The position numbers and the translations under genes are program-made. Below the pieces are notes generated by a model. It had not been told where the DNA came from, ran no database searches, and saw nothing but the letters and a program-made list of their open reading frames with translations. A stretch of 64,000 nucleotides of DNA from Camelus dromedarius (lineage: Eukaryota), in contig NC_087436.1 of NCBI RefSeq assembly GCF_036321535.1, positions 122,142,001 through 122,206,000 of the forward strand. Reading direction: 5' to 3'. Below are positions 1 through 11,734 of the stretch, one piece after another; position 1 is the stretch's first letter, and the number at the start of each line of letters is the position of its first letter.

Positions 1-740
1 ACTGTGGCGCCCTGTCATCCCAGGCCCGCGTGGCCCTGAGGCCTTAGGTTCACCTGAACTCTCCTCGCCCCCTGACTCAGATACTGCAGAGTTTGTGCCT
101 GTCACTCCTTGTTTTGTATGTCCCTCTTATAACTGCCATGTTTTTTACCAAGACTTTCTCCTGGGAAGGTGCTGGGGGTCTTGGCTCTTGTTGCACTTGC
201 CGGGAGCTGCATTCTTAGCATTTCTCCGTTGTCTGATACCTCCTTACCAGGTGTGGCTTTAGATGTCCCTTCTAATGTTTCTCCATCAACAAGGCCAGTT
301 TTTGTTAATACCTTCATTCACTGCAGTGCCATTTGCGATACTGGCTCAGACTTTATCAACATTTTGTAATTCAAAATATCTGACCTTTCACATTGTAATT
401 TTATGAATTCTTTAGTGTCCAGAGTCCTGCCTGATTATTCTTCTAGGTTAACATTAAAAAAAATTTTTTTATGTTATATTTAAAAAATATATTGATTGGA
501 AGTGTTAAAATCTGATCATTATTTAGCTGGATTTTTGCTTTGGTTCCTCTGTGAGTCTTTATTTCCTTTAGTTTTCTATGCACAGCATTTTGCTAGCATG
601 TTTGTACTAGCTTTTTGGCATTTGAGTTGGAGCTAGATGATGTTTGACAGGTTGTGGGTGATGCTCTGCTGTGATTTGTGACTCCTGGACCCTCATTCTT
701 TCCTTTGTCCTCGAGCCGTTGCTCTTATCAACTCTGTTTA

Positions 741-1782
741 GACGCCTGCTGCCCTAGGTCCCTGGGCAAATCCTCCTTCACCCGCCTGCTGCCCTAGGTC
801 CCTGGGCACATCCTCCTTCACCCGCCTGCTGCCCTAGGTCCCTGGGCACATCCTCCTTCACCCGCCTGCTGCCCTAGGTCCCTGGGCACATCCTCCTTCA
901 CCCGCCTGCTGCCCTAGGTCCCTGGGCACATCCTCCTTCACCCGCCTGCTGCCCTAGGTCCCTGGGCACATCCTCCTTCACCCGCCTGCTGCCCTAGGTC
1001 CCTGGGCACATCCTCCTTCACCCGCCTGCTGCCCTAGGTCCCTGGGCACATCCTCCTTCACCCGCCTGCTGCCCTAGGTCCCTGGGCACATCCTCCTTCA
1101 CCCGCCTGCTGCCCTAGGTCCCTGGGCACATCCTCCTTCACCCGCCTGCTGCCCTAGGTCCCTGGGCACATCCTCCTTCACCCGCCTGCTGCCCTAGGTC
1201 CCTGGGCACATCCTCCTTCACCCGCCTGCTGCCCTAGGTCCCTGGGCACATCCTCCTTCACCCGCCTGCTGCCCTAGGTCCCTGGGCACATCCTCCTTCA
1301 CCCGCCTGCTGCCCTAGGTCCCTGGGCACATCCTCCTTCACCCGCCTGCTGCCCTAGGTCCCTGGGCACATCCTCCTTCACCCGCCTGCTGCCCTAGGTC
1401 CCTGGGCACATCCTCCTTCACCCGCCTGCTGCCCTAGGTCCCTGGGCACATCCTCCTTCACCCGCCTGCTGCCCTAGGTCCCTGGGCACATCCTCCTTCA
1501 CCCGCCTGCTGCCCTAGGTCCCTGGGCACATCCTCCTTCACCCGCCTGCTGCCCTAGGTCCCTGGGCACATCCTCCTTCACCCGCCTGCTGCCCTAGGTC
1601 CCTGGGCACATCCTCCTTCACCCGCCTGCTGCCCTAGGTCCCTGGGCACATCCTCCTTCACCCGCCTGCTGCCCTAGGTCCCTGGGCACATCCTCCTTCA
1701 CCCGCCTGCTGCCCTAGGTCCCTGGGCACATCCTCCTTCACCAACCTGCTGCCCTAGGTCCCTGAGCACATCCTCCTTCACC
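741..1782. repeat. Minisatellite/VNTR, 40-bp unit x 26
   Basis: Unit CCCGCCTGCTGCCCTAGGTCCCTGGGCACATCCTCCTTCA. 24 identical copies at 781-1740, plus one diverged copy at each end (741-780, 1741-1780). Confidence 0.98.
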
Positions 1783-2814
1783 TGATTACCACCCGGTCTC
1801 CTGGTCTCTACTCAGGAAACGTGTCCAGCAGGAAGCCCCACCTCATCCTCCCTCGCCCAAAGTCGATCAGATGCCTCTTTTCCTCTATGTATGGAGCCAA
1901 TATAATGAACATCTGTGTATCCATCATCTGCTTAAAAGCTTGCTTGGATACATTTAAAGCCCCCATTTATCCTTTCCCAAGTGTGTTCCTCCCAAATTAC
2001 TTCTCCCTTCTATCCCAAATCTCTATCATTACGTTTTAATGCTTTTCATATATATTATTCCAATGATAACTTATAACAGTTTTGAGTAACTTAAAATAAT
2101 TTGGAATGCATCTGCGAGATATGAACTTTGATAAAGGCGTGGGTGTTTCTAGGCTCTCAGTTCTGTGCCCGTAGCCCATTTGTCTAGTCTCACATGATCT
2201 TAATTGGCGACAGTTTCATTACAGGTGTGCATTCCCAGAGCATCTTCTACTCAACCTGTGACATCACTTACTCCCTTGCTCTGGTGACTGCCTCCTTCTA
2301 CTGTTGATTCCTTGAGTCGCCTCAGCATTTTATCCCAGAAATGAGTGGTGTCTACCATATGACAGGTAGTCGCTAAATGTTCTTAAAGGAATGAATAAAA
2401 TTGGGGACTTAAATCTTAGTTATCGAGTGCTATATACAGCTTGTATATTATCAGAGGGGAACATTTAGGAAAAAATATACAGCACTAGTTCTTGCCACTT
2501 GTATTCATTAGGTAAAAAAATTTCCTCCAGCAGTGTAAATATTAATTATTTGGAGCTTGTGTGTATGATGAATTAGCATTTTTCATAACACTGTAGTATT
2601 TTGAAGAATACAAAGAATGAATTCTTCTAGTTAAGAGTCTTCTTAATATTTTGAACAGCAGATATATATTTTATAGAAAATTCTTTTTATAATTTTGAGA
2701 AAAATTGTTTTTTCAAAAGAGTATATTTAAAATACCTTATATTTTGAAAAAAGATATTAAGTTCCCCTTGGGCAATTTACTGCCACTTGGAGCTCTTAGG
2801 TATGTGTGGCAATG

Positions 2815-3712
2815 CAGTTTTGAAGGGCATCTGAGTTGTTTCCAGCTTGGGGTTATTATAAATAAGGCTGCTGTAAACATTCATGTACAGTTTTTGTGTG
2901 AACTGAAGTCTTCATTCTCTAGGATAAGTCCTTAGGAGTGCAATTGCTGGGTCATATTTTTTTTTTAATATATGCTGAATTCTATGTGCTGGTATTTTAA
3001 AAGGATTTTTGTGTGTTTATTCATGAGGGATATGGATCTGTTTTCATCTGGTTTGGTATCTGGATAATACTAGTCTCATGGGAAGTGATCCTTCTTCATG
3101 CATTTTCTGGAAGATGCTGTGTGGAATTGTTATTAATTCTTCTTTAACTATTTGGCAGAATTTGTTAATAAAGTCATCTGGACGTGATGATTTCTTTTTG
3201 GAGACTTCTAAAATCATGAGTTCAATTTTCTTAACATTTTATAGGCTTGTTCTTACTGTGTGTTTCATACTGGGCGATACTGATTGTACTTTTTGAGGAC
3301 TTGGTCCATTTCGTCTGAGTTGAGAGGTTGACATACATGCAGTTGTTCACCAGCGTTCCCGTGCCCCTGATGTCCACAGGGTCTGGAGTGACCTTCCCTG
3401 TTGCGTTCCAACATTGGGAACTTGTCCCCTTTTTTCTAGCTAGAGTTTTGTCAATATTATCGGCTATTTCAGTGAACTAGATGTTTGTTTCATTGGTTTT
3501 TCTCTGTTTTCAGTTTTATTCTTTTTTGTTTTTTATTATTTCCTTTCTGTTTGCTTTGGGTTTATTTTGCTTTTCTTTTTCTAGGTTCTCAGGTGGGCTC
3601 TTAGATCATTGCTTTTAGGCCTTTCCTTTTTTCTCATTATGCATTTTTAGTGCTGTAAAATTTCCCTCTCAGCACCGTTTTAGCTGTTTTCCACAAATTT
3701 TGATATGTTGTA
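2815..3712 (-). mobile_element. Old L1 fragments (3' region and ORF2), antisense to POLN
   Basis: Typical antisense L1 text, e.g. GTTGTTTCCAGCTTGGGGTTATTATAAATAAGGCTGCTGTAAACATTCATGTACAG and TTTCCCTCTCAGCACCGTTTTAGCTGTTTTCCACAAATTTTGATATGTTG. Boundaries approximate. Confidence 0.75.
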
Positions 3713-3715
3713 TTT

Positions 3716-3900
3716 TGTCAAAGAAAAATTGCACCAGAGCTAAACAGACAAGGAAGAGTTTATTCAAGATTATTGCAGTAGGGGAGAGAGGGCAAATGCA
3801 ACTTCAAATACAGCAAAGACAGCTGGGGATTTACAGCCAATGGGGAGGGGAAGAGGATCAGTGGATGGAAAATTACGAAGAGGGACTTTAGCAAGAATGC
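3716..3900 (-). mobile_element. ERV-type LTR fragment
   Basis: Starts TGTCAAAGAAAAATTGCACCAGAG and carries TTTATT (antisense polyA signal) followed by CAAGATTATTGCAGTAGGGGAGAG, resembling the reverse-strand end of ERV1-class LTRs. Family not assignable by eye. Confidence 0.45.
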
Positions 3901-5434
3901 TAAACTTGCTAAACTCAGCCGCGGGTTTTTTCCTGTAGTGTTTGACCAAAGTGGTACTGCCCTTGTGTGGAAGTTCTCTGTCTTGCTGGTTTGGCCCTGT
4001 CCTGTCCTTTGGCTGGAGAGAGCAGGCCTTTGCTGGGGCTTTTTTTTTTGTCGGTGGCCATTGGCCTGTCCATGTTACTGGCTTCTCCAGCATCCAATCT
4101 GAGACGTATGAAGCAAAGGAAGCCGGGTCCTGTGGGCCCTAGCCAGTCTGCCTCGTTCTCCCCACCGTCAGAGCCGTCTCACAGGTGCTTTATGCACAGT
4201 GGTCAGGGCGTTTAGTGTACCAGCGGGAGGAATAGGGAGAGTGTGTCCACGCCGTCTTCCTAGAAGGGTCGCCTTCTTATTGGCAGTTCTAACAGACAAA
4301 ATACTTCGTTGCACAGGGATGGCTTCAAAACACTGTCTGCTTTGTGTCTCATTCCCAGCACCTCTTGCTCCTTCGAAACTGCCTGCTCTTTGGGGCTAAG
4401 GCCTCTGTTTCTTTGAGGGAGGGGGGGATACAGCTGAGAATAAAGAAGTCTCTGTTCAGCTCTGGCTTCCAACACAGAACTTGCGAAAGGGCACAGCAGA
4501 AACGAGGGAAGTATCAGAAATGAAGATCAAAAAGCGTTGGAGGTTTTATTTATTTTTTTAATTTCAGAAGCTTCTCTTTAAATATCAAGACTCAGAGACT
4601 TGTATTTTCAGGGTTTTACCTTATGAAGTTTATAATGTAAGGCAGGCAAGATGCACTGTGGGGCAGGTCCACTTCACAGGAAGGCTGGAGAGCTCCTGGG
4701 GGCTGGAGGAAGTGCTGAGAGGAAGAGGCACGAGCATCTCTCAAAGGGCTCTGGCCCAACCCCCTGGGGAGCAGCCAGAGGAGGGGACTAGACCCCCGTG
4801 GCCTGTAACACACGGCAGTGAGGCTGGGCTTCTAGCCTAGAAGCCTGGGAGGAGGCAGTCCTTTCCAGGAGCTCTAAGCCAAGACAGGGCATGGGTGTTG
4901 AGGCAAGGAGCCTGGGGCGGCTTTCTCCTGCCCAGTCTCCATGGGCCCCAAGGGGCATGAGTTCCCATGGTCCTTGGTTCTGTGGTCCTCTGGTGGGAAG
5001 CGCAGGACCACCACGTTTGTCTGGTTCCGGCTGGGCCACAGAGGGAGCTATGAGGTGGACAGTCCCACAGTCCACATGTAGGAGACGTCTGAGTTTCCCA
5101 CAGACTAGCCATGCCAGGCAGGGCCAAGGCCAGGACCCAGTCGGCAGACGAGGGGCCGTCGGATGCTGGCCCTGGTGTGCTAGCAGGCGTCACCGGCAGG
5201 AGCAGCAAGGGCGGTTGGCCACAAGCTGTTGACATGGGACCCATCATCCTGATGCTGTGGGGTATGTAGGCTCCTCCCCACAGATACCACCTGAGGCAGG
5301 AGCAGCACGAGTGGAGGAGTAAGACTGAGAGGGGAGAGCAGCTGGGCTTTGAGGACCGTGAGTCCCACACCGACTAATTGCTTTTCCCCAAGAGTCCAAA
5401 CTGGTGATTAAAACACCTCTAATCTGCTGACTCA

Positions 5435-5860
5435 TTCAAACACTTCCAGCTGCATGTAACAGAGAATCAGACTACATTGATCTAAACAATTAGTCTTTCT
5501 CAGCATACCTGATTTAGAAGTCTAAGGAAGGGCTAGCTTCAGGCAAGGTTTGATCTGGCAGTCAAAGTTGTACTGGCAGGTCCAGCTTCTGTCCCCCCTT
5601 TCTCAGCTTCTCTTCCTAGGCATCCCAGTAGGTTTTAGCAATACCTAATGAGTTTCCCTTCAGTGGGGATGAACAACGTCTCTCCATGTAGCTTTCATGA
5701 AAGGAGGAAACCTCTTTTGCAGACGCCCTCAGCAAGCATCTCCTTACACCTCTGTCGGGAGCAGCCACAGGCCATCCTTGAACTAGTCACTGTGGCCAGA
5801 AGATGGGCTCTGCTGGCTGATGTAAAGACGGGAGGGCCCTAATGAAAACCAGAGTGCCAT
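5435..5860. mobile_element. Old MaLR (MLT1-type) LTR relic
   Basis: CAGCTGCATGTAACAGAGAATCAGAC...GGGCTAGCTTCAGGCAAGGTTTGATC resembles reverse-oriented old MLT1 LTRs. Heavily diverged. Confidence 0.45.
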
Positions 5861-7394
5861 TTTCTAAGGAAAAAGGGAAAGAAGATGCCTCATGGCCCGA
5901 AACAGCCAGTGTCCTTCACAAGTGGCAAGATTATGGTATTTTTCCTGCTATCAGCAGAAATAAGGGTTACACATTTTAAACCTGCTGCATAGGATAAGTT
6001 TAATTTAACCAATGTCCCTCTGAATGCACTAAAAAAAGTAAGGGCTATTTGTTACCTATCTTTTTTGTTCTGACAGCAAATGTTCTATTCTGTCTTCCAG
6101 TGTGCGAGCTGCCCTTAAGTTGTCATTTGGTTAAGGTTCTTAGGAAATTTGTCTCAGGGCTCAGACTACACCACCAAATGAAGAGGCCTTGCTTTCCTGG
6201 TCCAATATTTAAGCCCTATTTTCACCGGTAAATGGTAGTCCCACATAAATGTTAACGGTAGCTAATTTGAGTTACTCTAGCCATGGTCTCTACATTATTC
6301 GTGTGTGGCTTCTTCTGCTTTGCTGCTGAATATCCCCTATGTGGTATCATTTACGTGTCTATCAAAATACTGATTAAGCAAGATTTTCATAAATCGGATA
6401 ATTATCACTAAATCTGCACCTCTATTTGAAACCCAAATGGGATTTTTAAGTCTCTATACTTTGTTATGTTAGTGCTTTATTACTTTATTGTTTCTATATA
6501 GAATAAAACGTGCGGCCCCGTCAGTCCCCATGGCTCTCTCCACAGTGTGAAGCGGAGCGTTCCAGCACGTCCCCTGCATCGCCTTGCTACGGGGACGCCG
6601 GCACTTGGAGGAGGCTGGGAGCGGGCACCACTCTGACCAATGCACACTGCTCCTTTTTGTCTTATTCAGTGACACCTTTGAAAGCACTGGTTGTGACCTG
6701 CAGCTGACCGACCACCAGGGCCAAAGAGCGGGAGGGAGAGGAGCCTGTTCCCCGCAGCCATGCTGGCCGGCGGCGCACCCTTGGCCCCACTGGGCCCAGC
6801 CTCCTTCCCTGCTTGGCAGAGGCTCCCGCGCTCTCTGGTCCGGGCCCTGTGTGCTGCCTTGCGCCCCCACTTTGGCCACACCGTCAGCCTGCTGGCGTGC
6901 TGTCTGCCGCTGACTAGTTCTGCCCCTCTTCCCGGCTTGGCGTGGCCCCTCGCATCTGTCTCCCTCTTCTCCGGGTGGGCCACCCTGGGGCCCTGTTCCC
7001 CTCCCAGCTCTCAGCTCCCTACTCCTCGCTGCTCCTGCCTCCTTCCCCAGCAGCTCCCCACCAGCGTGCAAGCTCTCAGCCCTCACGGCTCTCTACACTC
7101 CGCTCTCCTTCAGGCCTCTCTGTGAAAAAGTCACATTTCCCTCCCTCAGCTGCCCGGTCCCTCAGGCAGGACTCTGCCATGCCCAGCTGACCGCCAGGTC
7201 CTGTGGGGTCTGCCTGCTGCTGTCCTCTGCCCTCCACTGCCCTTCTCTCGCCTCCCAGTTTCTGCTCTAGTCTGCTCCACGTCCTGCACAGCAGCCTGAG
7301 AACCTCTCAGGTGCCAGCCTGAGGCCTCTGCCTGGGCTCTCAGGGCCTGGACTCGTGCCGCCACCGCCTCCTCCAGCCCCACATCCTGCCGCTC

Positions 7395-8225
7395 CTCACT
7401 CATCCCACAGACGCTCACTGAGCACGTCCGTGTACTTGGCCGCTCAAGGAGCTGCTGCTGAATGGACCAGAACCTCTGCCCTCATGGAGCCTGGGGGGCT
7501 GGAGGGCACAAGACAGACAACAGATGTGCTAGGTTAGTTGTGATGTGGAGGGTGATAAATGCTGTGGAAAGTGTAGAGTCGGGGAAGGCAGTGTTCCCAA
7601 GGGGGACAGAGAGGGACTGATGGGAGAGGTGACAACTGAACAAAAGCGTTAATGGGGAGAAGGAAGGGGCCACGCAGCTGTCCGGGGGAGGCGCAGCCGG
7701 GAGAGGGGGCCATGGCACACGCCGAGGCCGCCCGAGCCCCCGCGGGGCCCGCAGCCAGGCAAAGTGCGGTGCGCCGGCCCCGCGCTGGCGCCGCCGTGGG
7801 CACATGCGTGGGGTGCTGCACTCTCTGTGCCAGCTGTCCTGTCCACGTCTCTGCTGCGGAGGTTTGGTTTTCTCTTGTACTCTTGAGAATCATGATTTCA
7901 GGAAACATCTGGCACCAACAGCGCTCTGGAGGCAGCCGATCCCTGAGTTTAGGCAGACCTGAGAGCGGGTCCCAGCTCGTTTCCTAGCGCTGCGACTCCA
8001 GCAAGTCACTTAGCTTGTGGAAGTCTCACCGTCTCATCCATGAAATGGTTAATGCCTGGGTTATTGTGAAAATTATTTCTTTTTCGTTTCATTCTCTCAA
8101 CTAGTATTTGTGGATTGCTCCTGTGCTAGGAAGGGTCACAGGTGCTGAGGACACAGGGGTGACACCACAGGCGGGCCCGCCCTCAGAGGCTTCGTCCTGG
8201 CAGAGCGCAGTTTGTTCATTTATTC
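7395..8225. mobile_element. Cluster of L2 3'-end and MIR relics
   Basis: L2-like CTCACTGAGCACG...CTCTGCCCTCATGGAGC (about 7410-7490) and TTCATTCTCTCAACTAGTATTTGTGGATTGCTCCTGTGCTAGG (about 8088). MIR-like GGGTCCCAGCTC...GCAAGTCACTTAGC...CTCATCCATGAAATGG (about 7965-8050). Confidence 0.5.
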
Positions 8226-9954
8226 CCAACAGCCTGTGGTGCCCGCACAGTGCTCGGGAGACACTGGAGCTGCCGTCCCGTAGAGACGAGGCAGAGGACG
8301 GCAGGGTGCCTTGCTGGGTTACTCCTGCCGTTGGGCTTCATTCCCGGGGTTCCAAGGACACACAGTGAAGACAGGGCTACCGTCACGGTGCCTGCAATCG
8401 GCTGCCTCCTCGGTGTGGCACCTCCAGTTTGGAAACTTCGGCCAAACTGAAGGTGACTGATCACTGGACTGACAAGGATACCCAGGCCACGCAGTGCCTG
8501 AGCAGGGAGGCGGGGTGAGGGGCCCCGCAGGTGCAGCCTCCTTTCTGCCCAGTTACGACTGTTCCCTGCTTGGCGTCTTCGCTTACAACTACTGACACTT
8601 AAACAAATGCCAGGGCATACACTTGAAGCGTCGCCTCTGCCTTCTGTTGTGTGTGAGGTGACGGCGGCTGGCGCTCAATTTTTCTAGATCCGCCTCCTAT
8701 TTTTCTAAACGTGCCAGAGTCACCAGGAAAGCCTGCTTGGAGAGTGCCAGGTCTCTGTCACTCCTGCCTCTCACGGGTGCCTCGGACTGCGCATAGCCGT
8801 TGACGGGGGCTGGGAGGGCGCCCAGGGCAGCTGGGGTCTGGCTGCGCTTGCCACACGGAGGACTTGGGAGCGGCCTTCAGACATGTGAATGTACCCTAGC
8901 GGAGAGTGTCGTGTCCACTGTGCTTTCAGTTCCTACAGTTTGGGGTGGTTTCAGAGCAGTGCTCTGATGCGCGGTCCCGGGGCTGGGTGCCCACCCTGCG
9001 GCCCACTCTGGAGGGTCCAGGAGACTCATGGACTGGGAGGCCCACGTTTCCACTGAGGGGCCGCGCGAGGGGACTGCTGATGCCGTGTCAGTAACGACTG
9101 ACTCCCGCGCGTTGGGTGCACTGACTGCTGCTTTTGCATGGAGACACATCCGTTTCACCACTTGGTGTCAGCCCTCACCTGAGGAGGTTAACGGGGAGTC
9201 CAGCCCTCCTGCCAGAGTGACACCTACAAGTCGCTATCGTTTCCTTCTGCTTCCTCCTCAGAAACGGACAGCTCTTCCTGTGCGCTGTGTCTGGTTTTGG
9301 TCTTGGACAGCGTCCGTTCGCTAGAGTCACGTCTGCCTTGGATGCCGTCTTGGGCTGTGACTACCAGGCTTCCGTCTGTGCCCAGGGTGCTGGGCACTGC
9401 CCACGGGCTTCACCACATTCAGACTGTCACCCCATGGGACGGCTCTTCGCTGGTTGTCACATCCCCACCACAGTCACTCTGATGGCCCTTGGTCTTTGAT
9501 CACACACACGCGTGGGCATTCACGGCTCACCCAGGCGGACACATGCATGAGTGTTCTCTTGTGCACGAGGCTGCAGAGACGGGGCCTTTTCTGGTTAAGG
9601 ATTTTGCCATGGTAACACGTGCAGAAGCCTTTCCTGTACATTGTGGACAGGAACCCACGTACATGAGCAGACGTTCACAGAGAAATGGGAAAGGTGTGAT
9701 CCGTGGAGAGCGTGGTGTGGGCCCACCCCCGTTTCCATAAAGTCCTTGAGGGATGGGCCCCGAAGGACAATGACAAAAGAAGATGACATGGCTCTGAGAC
9801 TGCTTCCTGTCCCCTTGCTTCCTGGAGGTTTGCCGTGTCTGACTTCCCTCTACTCCCCCACAGCGCACCCGTGGAACTTCCCTGTGGCTCTCTCAGTATT
9901 GTTCACTTGAACCTGGCATGTGTCATTTAGGGGTATGTCTCCCAAACTAGACAA

Positions 9955-10790
9955 GAGTTTTATTTATTTATCCAGTCACTTATTTACGTCGCACGATCTC
10001 ATGGATATTTACTCTATCCGACCCGGCAGTATTTGTTGTTCAGATTATTCCAGCGTTGGCTAGTGGGGGCTCTCTCAGCCGGCTCCTCCTTTGACCGCAC
10101 CTCTTCAGTGTGCGTGTGTGCGTGTGTGTGTGTGTGTGTGTGTCACTTCCTTACCCTCCGGCACTGCAGATGCTCCAGGCTCATCGTATATTTCCTGCCC
10201 CCGCCCTAGAATCAGCCATATCTCAAGGAGCCCTGGTTGCTTTTACTGGAGACAGTGTGAGAGGCCAAGACCTGAGTGCCAGGTGTGCTCTTTGCTATGG
10301 GGCCTGGGCGTGATTGCTCCCAGGTCCTCTCAGCTGACAGAGTGGGGGGATGTGTGTGTACACTAACCTGTGTATGCACACGTGTCTATGAATGTTTCTA
10401 TATGTAACCATCTGCATCTGTGTGAAGGTAGACAGGAGCCCATCCTGAGGTCTCCGTCTGCAGTCCGTCTCCACGTGGACCATTCTGGCCTCCTCCCTGT
10501 CTCAACATGAGAAGCCTGGCTTCCCCCATCCCCCATTACCTACTCAGTTGTTCATCTTCAGTGCACGTGTACAGTGGTTTCAGAAAGGTTCCCCCGGGCC
10601 GCTGTGGAAAACAGCTTTATAAACTAGAGCACGGTGACTCTGTGCACTGTTTTCTGCCTTCTGCCTTCTGCCCTCCAGAATCCAGTCATTTCCCATCAGC
10701 AACTTTTCCCCACAGCCCCCTAGCAACTTTCCCCAGTGAGGTTGTTTCATACACTTGCAAAGCTGTTAAATCGATGGGGTCCCTACTTCC
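9955..10790 (-). mobile_element. Old L1 (L1MC/MD-like) 3'UTR with internal (TG)n
   Basis: TCCAGGCTCATCGTATATTTCCTGCCCCGCCCTAGAATCAGCCATATCTCAAGGAGCCCTGGTT matches recalled L1MC/MD 3'UTR. Confidence 0.6.
10108..10143. repeat. Imperfect (TG)n microsatellite
   Basis: GTGTGCGTGTGTGCGTGTGTGTGTGTGTGTGTGTGT. Confidence 0.9.
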
Positions 10791-11079
10791 AGCAGTGCCA
10801 GCACGTGCCAAGTGCTTAAAAAGGAGTGTTTGCTGCATGAGTGAGATGGGGGTCATCCAGATCATATCAGTAATCACAAATTGAATGCACATGTGTAAAT
10901 TGCCATTTTAACTTAATTCCTGATTTCTGCTGCATCCATCCACCCAATGTTTATTAAGTGCCTCTGCGCCTGCAGTCCTGGGAAGGGGAGCAGTGCAAAG
11001 TGAACTCAGACCGAATCCTGGCCTTCCGAAAGTGGATGAATCCCCCTTGGAGTTAACCTACGTAGGTGCTCGCCCTCAA

Positions 11080-11725
11080 GGAGGTGGGGCACAGCTCCCC
11101 AGGCTGAGTGGGCTGTGCATCGTGACGTCTTCCCAAGAGTGCCACATGGAAGGAGGAGGGAGAAGTAGCTTTACGGTGGAGGACCTGAGCAAGCACACCT
11201 CAGCCGGGCTGTCAAGGGCAGCGTCGGAAGTGGAGAACCGTCTGCTGGCAGGAACCGTGCTATTGTGATGTGGTGACACGGACACTTTACCTCTCCAGCC
11301 CTCCTCCCCAACGCCCGTGTCCCCAGTCTAATCATGAGAAAGACATCAGGCAAACCCCAGGTGAGGGACATTCTACAAAGTACCTGACCAGCACTCCTCA
11401 AAACTGTCAAAGTCGTCAGAAACAAGGAAGGTCTGAGAACCCGTCACAGCCCAGAGGAGTTAGGGGCCGTGATGATTAAATGCTGTGTGGGGTCCCGGAA
11501 CAGAAAGCGGACATCGGGGAAATACTGAGGAAATGTGAGTCACGTGTGGCTCTAGTTGATAATAACGTGTCAGTACTAGGCTCATTAACTGTGGCCAATG
11601 AACTGTACTAATGTAGGATGTTAATAAGGTGGGAGAACTGGGGGAGGGGTGTATTGGCACTCTGCTGTCTTCACAATTTATCTCTAAATCTAAAACTATT
11701 TGAAAATTAAAATTTTATTTTAAAA
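11080..11725 (+). mobile_element. L1MC-like 3'UTR
   Basis: CCCCAGTCTAATCATGAGAAAGACATCAGGCAAACCCCAGGTGAGGGACATTCTACAAAGTACCTGACCAGCACTCCTCAAAACTGTC, ending in an A/T-rich tail at about 11700-11728. Confidence 0.7.
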
Positions 11726-11734
11726 AAAGGAGGT

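Noticed and set aside
102..317. 71-aa minus-strand ORF as a retrocopy or nested gene
   Set aside because: No recognisable homology, an upstream in-frame stop, and no clear polyA/TSD. A BLASTX would be needed to exclude it fully.
741..1782. CRISPR-like array
   Set aside because: Units are head-to-tail and identical with no unique spacers. There are no cas genes and the context is mammalian.
4545..5370. Possible minus-strand processed pseudogene (TTTATT at about 4545, 177-aa ORF)
   Set aside because: The translations I checked show no recognisable protein, the start is non-ATG, and there is no TSD.
6101..6227. Extra POLN exon (TCTTCCAG...CCG|GTAAAT)
   Set aside because: 127 nt is not frame-preserving, and the peptide does not resemble the expected upstream POLN segment (TGRLS motif).
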